From positions 4,192,001 to 4,256,000 of the forward strand of contig CAXXKJ010000002.1 of NCBI GenBank assembly GCA_963675295.2: a stretch of 64,000 nt of DNA, given 5' to 3'. Source of the stretch: a bacterium (GTDB taxonomy: Bacteria > Electryoneota > Electryoneia > Electryoneales > Electryoneaceae). A program made the position numbers and the translations under genes. This document shows positions 18,453 through 28,319 of the stretch, piece by piece. Each line of letters begins with the position of its first letter. Position 1 is the stretch's first letter. Under the pieces are notes generated by a model. The model did not search any database. It was given only the letters and a program-made list of their open reading frames with translations, and had not been told where the DNA came from.

Positions 18453-19034
18453 ATGAAAGAAAGTAAGAAACGCAACTTTGGAGGATCAGATCTCCTTGGT
18501 AGGCAGAGCGAATTGCCAAACCCTAACCACAGCCTGGTGACTGTGATACCGGCCGAGATAGAATCGCTCCTTGCAGAGCAGGGATTTGTGACTCTATCAC
18601 AGCTATACGATCGACTTCCGCGCAACCGTGAAAACGGACGGAGACTCATTGGGTTCAACACGCTGTGTGAATATGCCCGGATTGGTTTGATGAAAACACG
18701 GGTGCTAAACCGCAAGAACATGCGCGTGTTGGACCGGGACATGGTTGAGTGGTTTTTCAGGGTACTACCAACCGGACAGCGGGAGTTTCAACTGATCCAC
18801 GAGAGCTTTCGGGATAACCACTGGTATATAGGTGAGTCGGATGAGTTCAACAAGCCGGCGGGTAGATCCCGGGCTGAAAACCTAAGACTGCACAGAGAAA
18901 GGGAAAAACTCGCGACCAAGTATTGTAACCTCGTTAACGATATCCTGCCTGACTTGGAAGAAAATCGGCTCAGCGAAGACGATGTCCTGGAAAGCCTTAA
19001 GCCACTTGAATCCGAAGTTCGCCAGCTGGTATAA
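18453..19034 (+). CDS. Hypothetical protein with MerR-like HTH (possible recombination directionality factor)
   Basis: FNTLCEYARIGLMK...RVLDRDMVEWF resembles the MerR winged HTH; directly upstream of the integrase. Confidence 0.55.
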   Translation: MKESKKRNFGGSDLLGRQSELPNPNHSLVTVIPAEIESLLAEQGFVTLSQLYDRLPRNRENGRRLIGFNTLCEYARIGLMKTRVLNRKNMRVLDRDMVEWFFRVLPTGQREFQLIHESFRDNHWYIGESDEFNKPAGRSRAENLRLHREREKLATKYCNLVNDILPDLEENRLSEDDVLESLKPLESEVRQLV

Positions 19035-19063
19035 GAACATGTAAGCGAACCGAGGAGACGATT

Positions 19064-20119
19064 ATGGCTTGGCTAGAGCGGAAGGAAACGAAATCCGGAC
19101 GCAGAACTTGGTACGTCCGATTCTGGAAACCGGACGGAAGCAAGGGCTCAAAAGCCCTGGGTGTAGGATTGACGAAGCGCGAAGCCCAGCAATTAATGCT
19201 GGATTTTGAACGGAAACAGGCACTTGTTGCGGCAGGTCTGGTTACTCCAGACACCATGGACTGCTCATTGAACGAATTTGTGAAAATGCACCATACGTTT
19301 TCGAAAGCCAACAAGGCAGAGAGCACGGTACTTCGCGACGACAATACCCTTCGAAATCTGATGACCTTCGCGGGTAGTAAGATTCAGGTAAAGGAGATAA
19401 ATCGGTGGATAATCGACGATTACGTCGCACACAGGCTGGAGAGAGTCAAGCCTGGAACGGTGAATCTTGAGATTCGACATCTGAAAGCTGCATTCAACCA
19501 GGCCGTTCGGTGGGATTTGATCGGGGACAATCCGTTTAAAGGTGTTAAGCAGATCAGAATTCCACAATCCGACGTTCCGAAATTCCTTGATCAAGGACAG
19601 ATCGAGCAACTCTTAGCTGTAATGGTGTCAGATCCGTTACTGCCCTTAGTAAGATTCTATCTATTTACGGGCGCCAGACTTCGCGAAGGTGTTTATCTAC
19701 GGGGAGACGATCTTGATTTTGACCGCAAGATTATTCTGTTCCGTGGTCGTTGGACGAAAAGCAAACGCAATAGAATCCTACCTTTCGGCCAACTCCCCGA
19801 GTTAGAATCATTGCTGCTTGGGCAAAGTCCCAAACAGGATTTCCCAGTATTCCACTCGGTAAAGGGATCTGACACCATGTGGAACATTCATTGGGTGGGG
19901 CACAGGATCAGCGAAATGTTTAACAGGATCGGCATCCCTTGGGCAACTACGCATACCCTCAGGCACACCTTCGCTTCGCATTTGGTAATGCAGGGCGTAG
20001 AGCTTTTCACTGTTTCTAGGCTGCTGGGGCACTCTTCCGTCACGATTACCGAGCGGCATTACGCACACCTAGCACCTGGTCATGCAGAACGGGCAATCGC
20101 GAAGCTCCCTTATCGCTAG
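19064..20119 (+). CDS. int: Tyrosine recombinase/integrase
   Basis: TGARLRE (R), TKSK (K), HTLRH, LGHSS, HYAH; SAM-like core; ends 75 bp from att. Confidence 0.95.
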   Translation: MAWLERKETKSGRRTWYVRFWKPDGSKGSKALGVGLTKREAQQLMLDFERKQALVAAGLVTPDTMDCSLNEFVKMHHTFSKANKAESTVLRDDNTLRNLMTFAGSKIQVKEINRWIIDDYVAHRLERVKPGTVNLEIRHLKAAFNQAVRWDLIGDNPFKGVKQIRIPQSDVPKFLDQGQIEQLLAVMVSDPLLPLVRFYLFTGARLREGVYLRGDDLDFDRKIILFRGRWTKSKRNRILPFGQLPELESLLLGQSPKQDFPVFHSVKGSDTMWNIHWVGHRISEMFNRIGIPWATTHTLRHTFASHLVMQGVELFTVSRLLGHSSVTITERHYAHLAPGHAERAIAKLPYR

Positions 20120-20193
20120 CGCGGCAATGCCCACCTATTGCCCACCAGCACAGAAAGGGGGTTAACGCTATTAAGCGTAAACCCCTGTTTTTA

Positions 20194-20236
20194 CTAGTGC
20201 GCCATCAGGGACTTGAACCCCGAACCTGCGGATTAA
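20194..20236. repeat. att site: 43-bp copy of the tRNA-Lys 3' half
   Basis: CTAGTGCGCCATCAGGGACTTGAACCCCGAACCTGCGGATTAA identical to 31134-31176. Confidence 0.95.
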
Positions 20237-20465
20237 TAGACTTATGCTCTGCAAAAGCCGATTTATCTTTATATGTACTTATATATTAGATAAATAATAT
20301 AGGCGTATCAGGCAGTTTCTTCTTGACAAGATGAGATCCATAATTCTGCAGGAGCTCTCTTCTCCTCCCCCGATTGCACCCTGAGTTTCGCTCGCCTTAC
20401 TCGACCACACATTTTGTCACAGGTGGCATTAACAATCTCTGTGATTTCGAGGACAAGCACAAAAC

Positions 20466-21011
20466 ATGGCCTTAGATCTGGTACTGCGATTACGTGATGG
20501 TGATGAAGAAGCGTTCCGCGAACTATTTCTGTCGTATGTACGGGTGCTCATCAGCTTTGTCTACGGAATCGTTCACGACCTACCCATTGCAGAAAACATC
20601 GTCCAGGATGTCTTTGTCGAACTCTGGAACCGGCGGCGATCGCTGAATCCCAATTCGAGCATCCGCCCCTACCTCTACACAATCGCGAAGAATAAAGCTT
20701 TCAAGCATCTGAGGCACAAAGATGTTGAACGCCGACATGCAGATGAAACAAGTCAAAGTGACCTGTTCGAACCCTCCCCAGAGCATTCTGTCATCTCCGA
20801 AGAAAGAATCGCTGCGATTCACGCTGCCATCGATGCTCTACCTGAGAAATGCAAGCTTGTCTTCAAGATGAACCGTTTCCAGGATCTAAGCTATGCTGAG
20901 ATCGCTGAGGTGCTGGATATTTCAAAGAAGACTGTAGAAGCCCACATGAGCCGTGCCCTGCGAGAACTGCGCGACAAGCTCGGGCATTTGTTTGTCCTGC
21001 TATTCCTCTAA
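20466..21011 (+). CDS. ECF sigma-70 factor (Bacteroidota-expansion type)
   Basis: AENIVQDVFVELW region 2; LPEKCKLVF...SYAEIAEVLDISKKTVEAHM region 4. Confidence 0.95.
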   Translation: MALDLVLRLRDGDEEAFRELFLSYVRVLISFVYGIVHDLPIAENIVQDVFVELWNRRRSLNPNSSIRPYLYTIAKNKAFKHLRHKDVERRHADETSQSDLFEPSPEHSVISEERIAAIHAAIDALPEKCKLVFKMNRFQDLSYAEIAEVLDISKKTVEAHMSRALRELRDKLGHLFVLLFL

Positions 21012-21145
21012 TCGTCCAGAAGCGTCAAACCACCCACCAGTAATCCTGTCTGCCATGTCGAGTCTCCCTGCTCTCCTGGAGACTAAGGGTATTCTCTGCC
21101 TAAGGGGTACCACCAATAGAACCCGGGATTTGCAGGAGTTGAGTC

Positions 21146-22159
21146 ATGAACCATGAGATCGATCTTGAATTGCTGGCGAAGTACTTGTCCGGCGAATGTT
21201 CGGACCAGGAAGTGAATGATGTTGAAACGTGGATGGCCCTTGATGAGGAAAACCGACAGTCAGTCGAACAGTTGCGTCAAATCTGGGAGACACCTCCGCC
21301 GGATATCGCCGCATCAAGTGATATCGAACGGATGTGGGAAGAGGTCGCCGACCAGACTAGCCGCAAATCTGACAGGACTGCCAGCCGATCCACCAAGGTC
21401 ATTCCACTGTTCAGCAGTAAGGTGCTTCGCTATGCGGCCGCCATTGCGATACTGGTCATTCTGAGCGTGACGATGATTCAAACGATCCCAACACTGCTGA
21501 CTACTGGTGAAACTCAACTGGCTGAGTTGACCATTCCGAACGCAAACCAGGATAGCATCACTTTAGCTGATGGTACCGTGGTCACCTTGGACGCGGGTTC
21601 AACCCTTCGCTATCCGAAATCGTTCGTTGGCCGAACGCGCGAGGTTGAGTTGAACGGCGAAGCCTATTTCGATGTTGCACCTGACCAAGACAAACCGTTC
21701 ACAATAAAAACTGCGCTGGGGCGTGTTCAGGTTCTGGGTACAGAGTTTTCCGTGCGTGGTTGGGACAAGAACGAACCACTGCGGGTTGTTGTTGCTGAGG
21801 GCAAGGTTTCACTCGCTTCAAAAACTGACCTGTCTCAACCGGTGATTCTCACGGCTGGACTGGAAAGCGCCGTATGGAGTGGAATGATACCTACTGAACC
21901 TCGAGAAGCTGACCTCAGCACCGAATTCAGTTGGATGCAGGGTGTCCGGATTTACAGCGGGCATACGGTCCAAACGGTCATCTTCGACATGCAGCGCTGG
22001 TATGACCTCAATATCGATTTTGTTGACAGTGATCTGCTTTCAGAGCGAGTCTCACTGCGAATCGAACGCGACAGTCAAACGGAAGCGCTTGATTTGATGG
22101 CTGTCCTGACAGGTACCAGTTGGATTCAAACACAAGAAGGTGTGCAATTCACCAGGTAG
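21146..22159 (+). CDS. FecR-family anti-sigma factor
   Basis: LADGTVVTLDAGS, REVELNGEAYFDV, VQVLGTEF; one TM helix. Confidence 0.93.
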   Translation: MNHEIDLELLAKYLSGECSDQEVNDVETWMALDEENRQSVEQLRQIWETPPPDIAASSDIERMWEEVADQTSRKSDRTASRSTKVIPLFSSKVLRYAAAIAILVILSVTMIQTIPTLLTTGETQLAELTIPNANQDSITLADGTVVTLDAGSTLRYPKSFVGRTREVELNGEAYFDVAPDQDKPFTIKTALGRVQVLGTEFSVRGWDKNEPLRVVVAEGKVSLASKTDLSQPVILTAGLESAVWSGMIPTEPREADLSTEFSWMQGVRIYSGHTVQTVIFDMQRWYDLNIDFVDSDLLSERVSLRIERDSQTEALDLMAVLTGTSWIQTQEGVQFTR

Positions 22160-22194
22160 TAGATCGCTACCTGTGAATCCAGGGGAGTTGTGTC

Positions 22195-24909
22195 ATGAAA
22201 CAGCTCGATCGACAAGTGCCATTGTTCATCTTGATCCTGTTGTTAACAGCCGGGATGGCTTTCCCACAGCAGGTACTCACAGGTGCTGACTTTATCCGAG
22301 TTGAGCCAGATGATGTTGTTATTCCGGAATCGCTGCTGAAGACGGTTGACCTGAATCTCGAGCGGGTAACGTTCGGCCAGGCACTAAGTGAGATCGCAGA
22401 ACTAGGTGGTCTGGCTTTCAATTTCAATCATGACAGAATCCCAGTTGAAGAACGGATCATTTTAAAGGTTCAGCAGACGCGGATAATCGACGCTTTGATC
22501 AAGCTAATGAGTAAGACGAATACGCATTTGGTCATTACCTCCGCTAAAGATTTCGCGATCGTCCCGGATGTTCTGGAAGAGCTGGAAACGCAGCCGATTC
22601 GCGGCACACTGGAAGATGCTGAAACAGGGGAACCCGTTCCGGCTGGGACGATCCAGGTTCTGGGTCTCGGCTTGGCGGCCGCTACAGACATCGAAGGCAG
22701 ATATGAGTTTCCAGCGCTGGCGGAGGGTGTGTATGCCCTTTCGATTCGACATTTGGGTTATGAACCGCTGGTTGTGGATGTGTACCACGGAAACGGCCAT
22801 TTCGAGTCATCCTACACAATCAAACTGCAACCTACTGTCTTGAACCTGAGCGATGTTACCATAACGCCCGGTAGTTTCTCATTCATGGATGTTTCGCCAG
22901 CGAGCCCGCAGACTTTGACACGTGAGGATATCGAAACAGTTCCACAATTCGGCGAAGACATTTATCGCGCTGTGAAACGTTTACCCGGTCTTTCCTCTGG
23001 CGACTACGCAGCGCATTTCTCTGTACGCGGCGGTCGACCCGATGAAACACTGGTCATTTTCGATGGTCTGGAATTGCGTGAACCGTTTCATTTGAAAGAA
23101 TACCAGGATGGTGCGTTGAGCATCATCGACATCGAAGCAATTGACAATGTCAATTTGATGACGGGTGGTTTTCCGACCGAGTACGGAAATCGTATGAGTG
23201 GTGTATTTGACATCACCAGTCGCGATCCAAGGGAAGGTGAGAACAAGTACACGCTTGGTCTGAGCCTGATGAATGCTCGTGCAACGACAGAAGGCACATT
23301 CGCGAATGGGAAAGGTGCCTGGTTCACATCGGCGCGACGCGGGTATCTGGATGCTGTGCTGGGATTATTGAACGCGGACGATATTCCCAAGCCCGCGTAC
23401 TACGACATCTTCAGCAAGGTGCGCTATGACCTGAACGAAAACCATCGAATTAGTGTTAACCTGCTTCATTCTCGGGATCGGTTCACGTTCGATACCATAG
23501 CCACAACTGGCTACCTGGATACGATTGACACAAAAGAATACGCGGACAACACATATGGTAATTCCTACCTCTGGACGCGTCTTCAGTCGAAACTGCATGA
23601 TCAGGTGAGAGTGACAACCCTGCTTTCTGCCGGGTTGGTCACACAATCTCAATTTGGTTATGAACGATATACCAGGAATGATGAAGACATCTATTCCTTG
23701 GACGATAACCGCGATTACACTGTATACCAGGCGAAGCAGGACTGGCAGCTGGATGTAACAGAGTGGTTGATGTTCAAGACGGGCATCGACTTGAAACAGG
23801 AAGATGTGGACTACAAACTTGTCAGCACGGTTGGACAGAATCCCGACGATCCTTCTCCCGACTCCACTCAGCACTTTCCAGTTGTTACTGAAAACAACTA
23901 TGTCAGAGACAGCCGCTATATAGGTACCTATCTCGCGGCGAAAGTCAGACTATTTCCTGGTTTGTTTGCCGAAGCAGGCGCTCGATACGACCAGGCTGAC
24001 CATTCAAACGATGAAGATTTCAGCCCCCGCGCACATCTGATGTATTCCCCATTCCGAAACGGAACACTGCGATTCGGTTGGGGACAATACCGCCAGATTC
24101 ACAGCATTGAGCAGGTTGCTGAGCTGAATGGCGCGACAGAGTATTACCCATCCGAGCTTTCCGAACAATGGACCGTTGGTTATCAGCATAACTTTGATGA
24201 CGGTTCCAGGCTTCGGATCGAAGGATACGTGAAGGAAGTTCAGAATCCGCGTCCCCTGTTCCGGAACTGGAACGAGGGCATCAACTTCTTCAACGAAGTT
24301 GACGAGGATCGCATCTTCCTGGTCCCCGACAAGATGACCAGTCGGGGTGTTGAGCTCTACTTCACACGTAGTTTCGGCAGAACGTGGTCGTTTCAAGGTA
24401 GCTACGCTTTGGCTTTCCTGGAAGAAACCATAAGCACGGTTGACCTGGTAAATGAGCGTGGTACCCTCGAATTCGATCGCACACACGACCATCCTCGCGA
24501 TCAACGGCACGCCTTGTACCTCGATCTCGCCTGGCGTCCCAATCACCTGTGGACAGTCAGCGGCGCACTTGCCTATCACTCCGGGTGGCCGATCACCCTG
24601 GCCACGATGTATGAAGTTACGGATGAAGATGGTGAAATCGACTACACCGTCCGTCCGAACAAACTGTACGCGAACCGTCTGCCCGATTACTACCGTTTCG
24701 ATGTTCGAGTGACCCGCAGATACGCCATGACACATGGTGATCTGCGTGTCTTTCTCGAAGTCGCCAACCTGACCAATCACGAGAACATCTACAGCTATGA
24801 CTTCTACCGCAGCCCGGGTGTAAACGGCGGCAAGGTTTTCATCACTGAACCGGAGACATGGTTCACCATTCTCCCATCCTTTGGAGTGAGCTGGACCGGC
24901 AACCTGTAA
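22195..24909 (+). CDS. TonB-dependent receptor with N-terminal signalling (STN-like) and carboxypeptidase-regulatory-like domains
   Basis: LPGLSSGDYAAHFSVRGG plug, TGGFPTEYGNRMSGVFD, beta-barrel, aromatic C-terminus. Confidence 0.88.
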   Translation: MKQLDRQVPLFILILLLTAGMAFPQQVLTGADFIRVEPDDVVIPESLLKTVDLNLERVTFGQALSEIAELGGLAFNFNHDRIPVEERIILKVQQTRIIDALIKLMSKTNTHLVITSAKDFAIVPDVLEELETQPIRGTLEDAETGEPVPAGTIQVLGLGLAAATDIEGRYEFPALAEGVYALSIRHLGYEPLVVDVYHGNGHFESSYTIKLQPTVLNLSDVTITPGSFSFMDVSPASPQTLTREDIETVPQFGEDIYRAVKRLPGLSSGDYAAHFSVRGGRPDETLVIFDGLELREPFHLKEYQDGALSIIDIEAIDNVNLMTGGFPTEYGNRMSGVFDITSRDPREGENKYTLGLSLMNARATTEGTFANGKGAWFTSARRGYLDAVLGLLNADDIPKPAYYDIFSKVRYDLNENHRISVNLLHSRDRFTFDTIATTGYLDTIDTKEYADNTYGNSYLWTRLQSKLHDQVRVTTLLSAGLVTQSQFGYERYTRNDEDIYSLDDNRDYTVYQAKQDWQLDVTEWLMFKTGIDLKQEDVDYKLVSTVGQNPDDPSPDSTQHFPVVTENNYVRDSRYIGTYLAAKVRLFPGLFAEAGARYDQADHSNDEDFSPRAHLMYSPFRNGTLRFGWGQYRQIHSIEQVAELNGATEYYPSELSEQWTVGYQHNFDDGSRLRIEGYVKEVQNPRPLFRNWNEGINFFNEVDEDRIFLVPDKMTSRGVELYFTRSFGRTWSFQGSYALAFLEETISTVDLVNERGTLEFDRTHDHPRDQRHALYLDLAWRPNHLWTVSGALAYHSGWPITLATMYEVTDEDGEIDYTVRPNKLYANRLPDYYRFDVRVTRRYAMTHGDLRVFLEVANLTNHENIYSYDFYRSPGVNGGKVFITEPETWFTILPSFGVSWTGNL

Positions 24910-25012
24910 CAAAACTCTAAGTATATATAATTCAATAGGTTCGCGTCGATTTTGTCAGCGATACAAGGCCGAAGACTTGCCTGTTCGGAGCGAATCGAAA
25001 GGGGAGATTCAC

Positions 25013-27427
25013 GTGAAGAACATCAGAGTACTCAGAATTCTTGTGTTTGTTGCCATGTTTGCAGTGCAGTTGATGTCCGCGTACGCGGCTCCTGAAGGCG
25101 GTCTTTCAGGCCGTGTGTTGAGCCGTTCTACGAAAGGGGCCTTGTACGGTGTCTCTGTGCATGTCCAGGGCATGGCGAAGGGCGCATCAACGAATGAGAT
25201 GGGGGAGTTCACCATTTCCAGGCTATCCCCCGGCTCCTACACTCTCGTCTTCTCATATCTCGGGTACGAGGAATTGACGGTCGACCAACTCGAGGTGGGA
25301 CTGACTGTGCTCGACCTCGGCGATGTGTATCTGGTCGATGAAGTGCTTTCACTCAATCAGGTTGTCGTGTCGCCGGGTTCCTATTCCGTCATGGGTACAG
25401 AACAGCTTTCGCGGCAGACGCTGAGCAAAGAAGAAATTGAGAATATGTCTTACGCCGAAGATGTCACCCGAGCGGTCACACGTTTACCCGGTGTGACTTC
25501 CAACGACTATTCGTCAAAGTTTTCTGTGCGCGGTGGTGAGGCAGATGAGGTGCTGTTCCTGCTGGATGGCATGGAACTGTACGAACCGTTTCACCAACGT
25601 GACTTCGCTGGCGGCCTGTTCAGTCTGGTGGACGTGGAAACCATAGACGGCATCGATCTGATGACCGGTGGCTACCCGGCTCGATACGGAAACCGGCAGA
25701 GCGCGGTGTTTGACATGCGAACAAAACGACAGCGGATAAGCGAGCGTAATACAACCCTTGGTTTTAGCATTATGGCTCTTAGTGGATATACTGACGGAAC
25801 ATTCTCGGATGGTCGCGGTCGATATCAACTCAGCGCCCGTCAGGGTATTTTGAACGTGCTGTTCAAATTAGCTGATCAGACTGAACGAACACCTGAATTC
25901 TATGATGCTGCTGGCAAGGTGGAATGGGATCTCAACGACAGACACGAGCTGTCCTTCCATTTCCTCACGGCGGGTGACAAGACCGCCATTCGCGACGAAG
26001 CCCCGCGAGAATTCCCGGAGGACGATCCCGCCCCCGGTCAGGATTTCGACCGGCACGACACACTCTACGACAACAACTACGCGTGGCTGACCCTGCGCTC
26101 GATCTTCAGCAAAAGGCTTACCGCACGCTCCATCGCCTACTTCGGGCGCATCCATCACAACCGCCGTGGGGCGATGGACAAATACGATCGTGGTGACAAA
26201 CTGGTATTCAGCTTGCGTGACCGGCGTAACTACCAGTTCTTCGGCTTGAAACAGGATTGGGACTGGGACATTTCCGACCGCGTCTACCTGCAATACGGAT
26301 TTAATGTGAAATCTCAGGAAGCGGACTACGACTATTACTACTCCACCGACGAATGGCGGATGAATGAGAACGCTGAATTCTTCCGCTACCAGCGCCAGTA
26401 TGGCTACGACGACGTGAAGTCCGGTGGGCAAACAGCCGCCTACACCTCTCTGCGCTGGAAGGCGACGGACAGACTCTATTTCGATTCTGGCTTGCGCCAC
26501 GATTTCGTCAGCCACACCGATGATAACCTGATCAGCCCGCGCCTGGGCGTGGCGTATTCACTGGGACGAAACACCGTTCTGCGCGGCGGTTGGGGCTATT
26601 TCTACCAATCCCAGGGAATCAATGAGCTGGATGTCAATCACAACGTCCGCCAATTCGACGAAGCCGAACTATCCACCCACTACGTGGTCGGTCTGGAGCA
26701 CACATTCAATCGAGGCCTGAATGTCCGTGTGGATGGCTACTACAAAGACATCTCCCGCATGAGCCCCGGGTATTTCAACCTGCGTGATCCGTGGGAGCTG
26801 TTCCCCGAATCCCGCAACGACAATGTCCGCCTGGAGTTTGATGGTGCTCGGGCGTGGGGCCTTGAAGTGTTCATGAAATACGACATGGGCGACAAGTATT
26901 CCTGGTGGCTGTCGTACGCGTACACGAAGGCGGAAGAAAACGTCACCGCCATCGCGTTCGACGGAGTGCTGGACCGCCGCCTCGGCTGGCTGCCGCGCGA
27001 AACCGACCAGCGCCACACCATCTACGCCGATATGAACTACCGACCTTGGACCGACTGGCTGATCAACGTGTCCTGGCAGTTCCATACCGGCTGGCCGTAC
27101 ACCCAATACACTTTCAACTTCACTGAGCTACCCAACGGCGACCTGCACTGGCAGCCGGCCCACTACGAATTTCGCGGTGAGCAATTCGATCCCTACCACC
27201 GCATGGATGTGCGCGTCAATCGGTACTGGACCACCGGCTGGGGTCGCTTGTCCGCGTACCTGCATATCATCAACCTGTACAACCGTGAGAACATCCGGAA
27301 ATGGGATCTGGATACAGGTACCGATGATGGCGCTGTCCCGGATGGCCAGGGGGGATACGTCTACTTCGAAGATCCAGCTCTCTGGTTTGGCGTCACTCCG
27401 ATACTCGGCGTGTCGCTGGAGTTCTGA
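25013..27427 (+). CDS. TonB-dependent receptor (paralog of the upstream one)
   Basis: GTG start with GGGGAG RBS; LPGVTSNDYSSKFSVRGG, TGGYPARYGNRQSAVFD; ends SLEF. Confidence 0.88.
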   Translation: MKNIRVLRILVFVAMFAVQLMSAYAAPEGGLSGRVLSRSTKGALYGVSVHVQGMAKGASTNEMGEFTISRLSPGSYTLVFSYLGYEELTVDQLEVGLTVLDLGDVYLVDEVLSLNQVVVSPGSYSVMGTEQLSRQTLSKEEIENMSYAEDVTRAVTRLPGVTSNDYSSKFSVRGGEADEVLFLLDGMELYEPFHQRDFAGGLFSLVDVETIDGIDLMTGGYPARYGNRQSAVFDMRTKRQRISERNTTLGFSIMALSGYTDGTFSDGRGRYQLSARQGILNVLFKLADQTERTPEFYDAAGKVEWDLNDRHELSFHFLTAGDKTAIRDEAPREFPEDDPAPGQDFDRHDTLYDNNYAWLTLRSIFSKRLTARSIAYFGRIHHNRRGAMDKYDRGDKLVFSLRDRRNYQFFGLKQDWDWDISDRVYLQYGFNVKSQEADYDYYYSTDEWRMNENAEFFRYQRQYGYDDVKSGGQTAAYTSLRWKATDRLYFDSGLRHDFVSHTDDNLISPRLGVAYSLGRNTVLRGGWGYFYQSQGINELDVNHNVRQFDEAELSTHYVVGLEHTFNRGLNVRVDGYYKDISRMSPGYFNLRDPWELFPESRNDNVRLEFDGARAWGLEVFMKYDMGDKYSWWLSYAYTKAEENVTAIAFDGVLDRRLGWLPRETDQRHTIYADMNYRPWTDWLINVSWQFHTGWPYTQYTFNFTELPNGDLHWQPAHYEFRGEQFDPYHRMDVRVNRYWTTGWGRLSAYLHIINLYNRENIRKWDLDTGTDDGAVPDGQGGYVYFEDPALWFGVTPILGVSLEF

Positions 27428-27467
27428 GACCCATTCTCACGACTGGTCGAATTGAGGAGATCCTGAG

Positions 27468-28220
27468 ATGAAGAAAGTCCCGATCATACTGTTCCTGCTA
27501 CCTGTACTGCTGATGCTTTGCGCTGCAGGATGCAACAAGGATAATACCAGAAGCAGTCCCATTGTGCCGGGTGACGAACGTGAGCCAGATACAACCTATC
27601 ACCCGCAAATTGATCCGGAGTCATTTACCAGCGCCATCGACAACAGCTGGCTGCCGATGCCGGCAGGGTACACTTACGTATACGAAGGAGAAACGGAGGA
27701 GGGGCTTGAACATATCGAGGTGACCTTTTCCGCGGACACTCGCATGGTCATGGGTGTCGAATGTCGCGTAGTACGTGACAAGGTCTGGGTGGACGGGGAG
27801 TTCGTGGAGGATACCTGGGACTGGTACGCGCAGGACAGCCAGGGCAACATTTGGTACTTCGGCGAAGACTCCTATGACTTCGAGGACGGCGCGTGGGTAT
27901 TGTCATCGGGGAGCTGGGAAGCGAATGTCGATGGTGCCCAGCCCGGGATATATATGCATGCCGTTGCGGAAATCGGTGTGGATTACCGGCAGGAGTACTA
28001 TTTCAATCATGCCGAGGACATGGCTCGCGTACTTGAAACGAACGCATCCGCAACCATAGGCCTCGGCACCTACACGGATTGCCGCATCACACTGGACTGG
28101 AATCCGTTGGAAGAAGGATCTGAAGAAACCAAGACCTATGCACCCGGCGTCGGGCAGATCCGTGAAACGATCATGGAGACTGGGGATGTGATCGAATTGA
28201 TCGAAATCATTGAGCGGTAA
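27468..28220 (+). CDS. Lipoprotein of unknown function
   Basis: AAGC lipobox; WYAQDSQGNIWYFGE motif. Confidence 0.8.
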   Translation: MKKVPIILFLLPVLLMLCAAGCNKDNTRSSPIVPGDEREPDTTYHPQIDPESFTSAIDNSWLPMPAGYTYVYEGETEEGLEHIEVTFSADTRMVMGVECRVVRDKVWVDGEFVEDTWDWYAQDSQGNIWYFGEDSYDFEDGAWVLSSGSWEANVDGAQPGIYMHAVAEIGVDYRQEYYFNHAEDMARVLETNASATIGLGTYTDCRITLDWNPLEEGSEETKTYAPGVGQIRETIMETGDVIELIEIIER

Positions 28221-28319
28221 CCTCTGTGAACTCGCGGTCTAACGTCCTCTTAACCCTCCGGACGTAGGCCACAATTTCCCCGGATACATCTTGTATTCGG
28301 GGATTTTTGCTTCAGGGAC

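Larger units (their letters stand above)
3070..20236. mobile_element. Integrative, primase-encoding element (PICI/satellite-like); left end uncertain
   Basis: int-HTH-XRE / HTH-pri-hel-ori next to a tRNA-derived att; lower GC by eye; no left att copy found. Confidence 0.65.

Noticed and set aside
20194-20260. Second tRNA-Lys gene
   Set aside because: Only the 3' half up to the anticodon loop matches; no acceptor-stem 5' strand. It is an att site.
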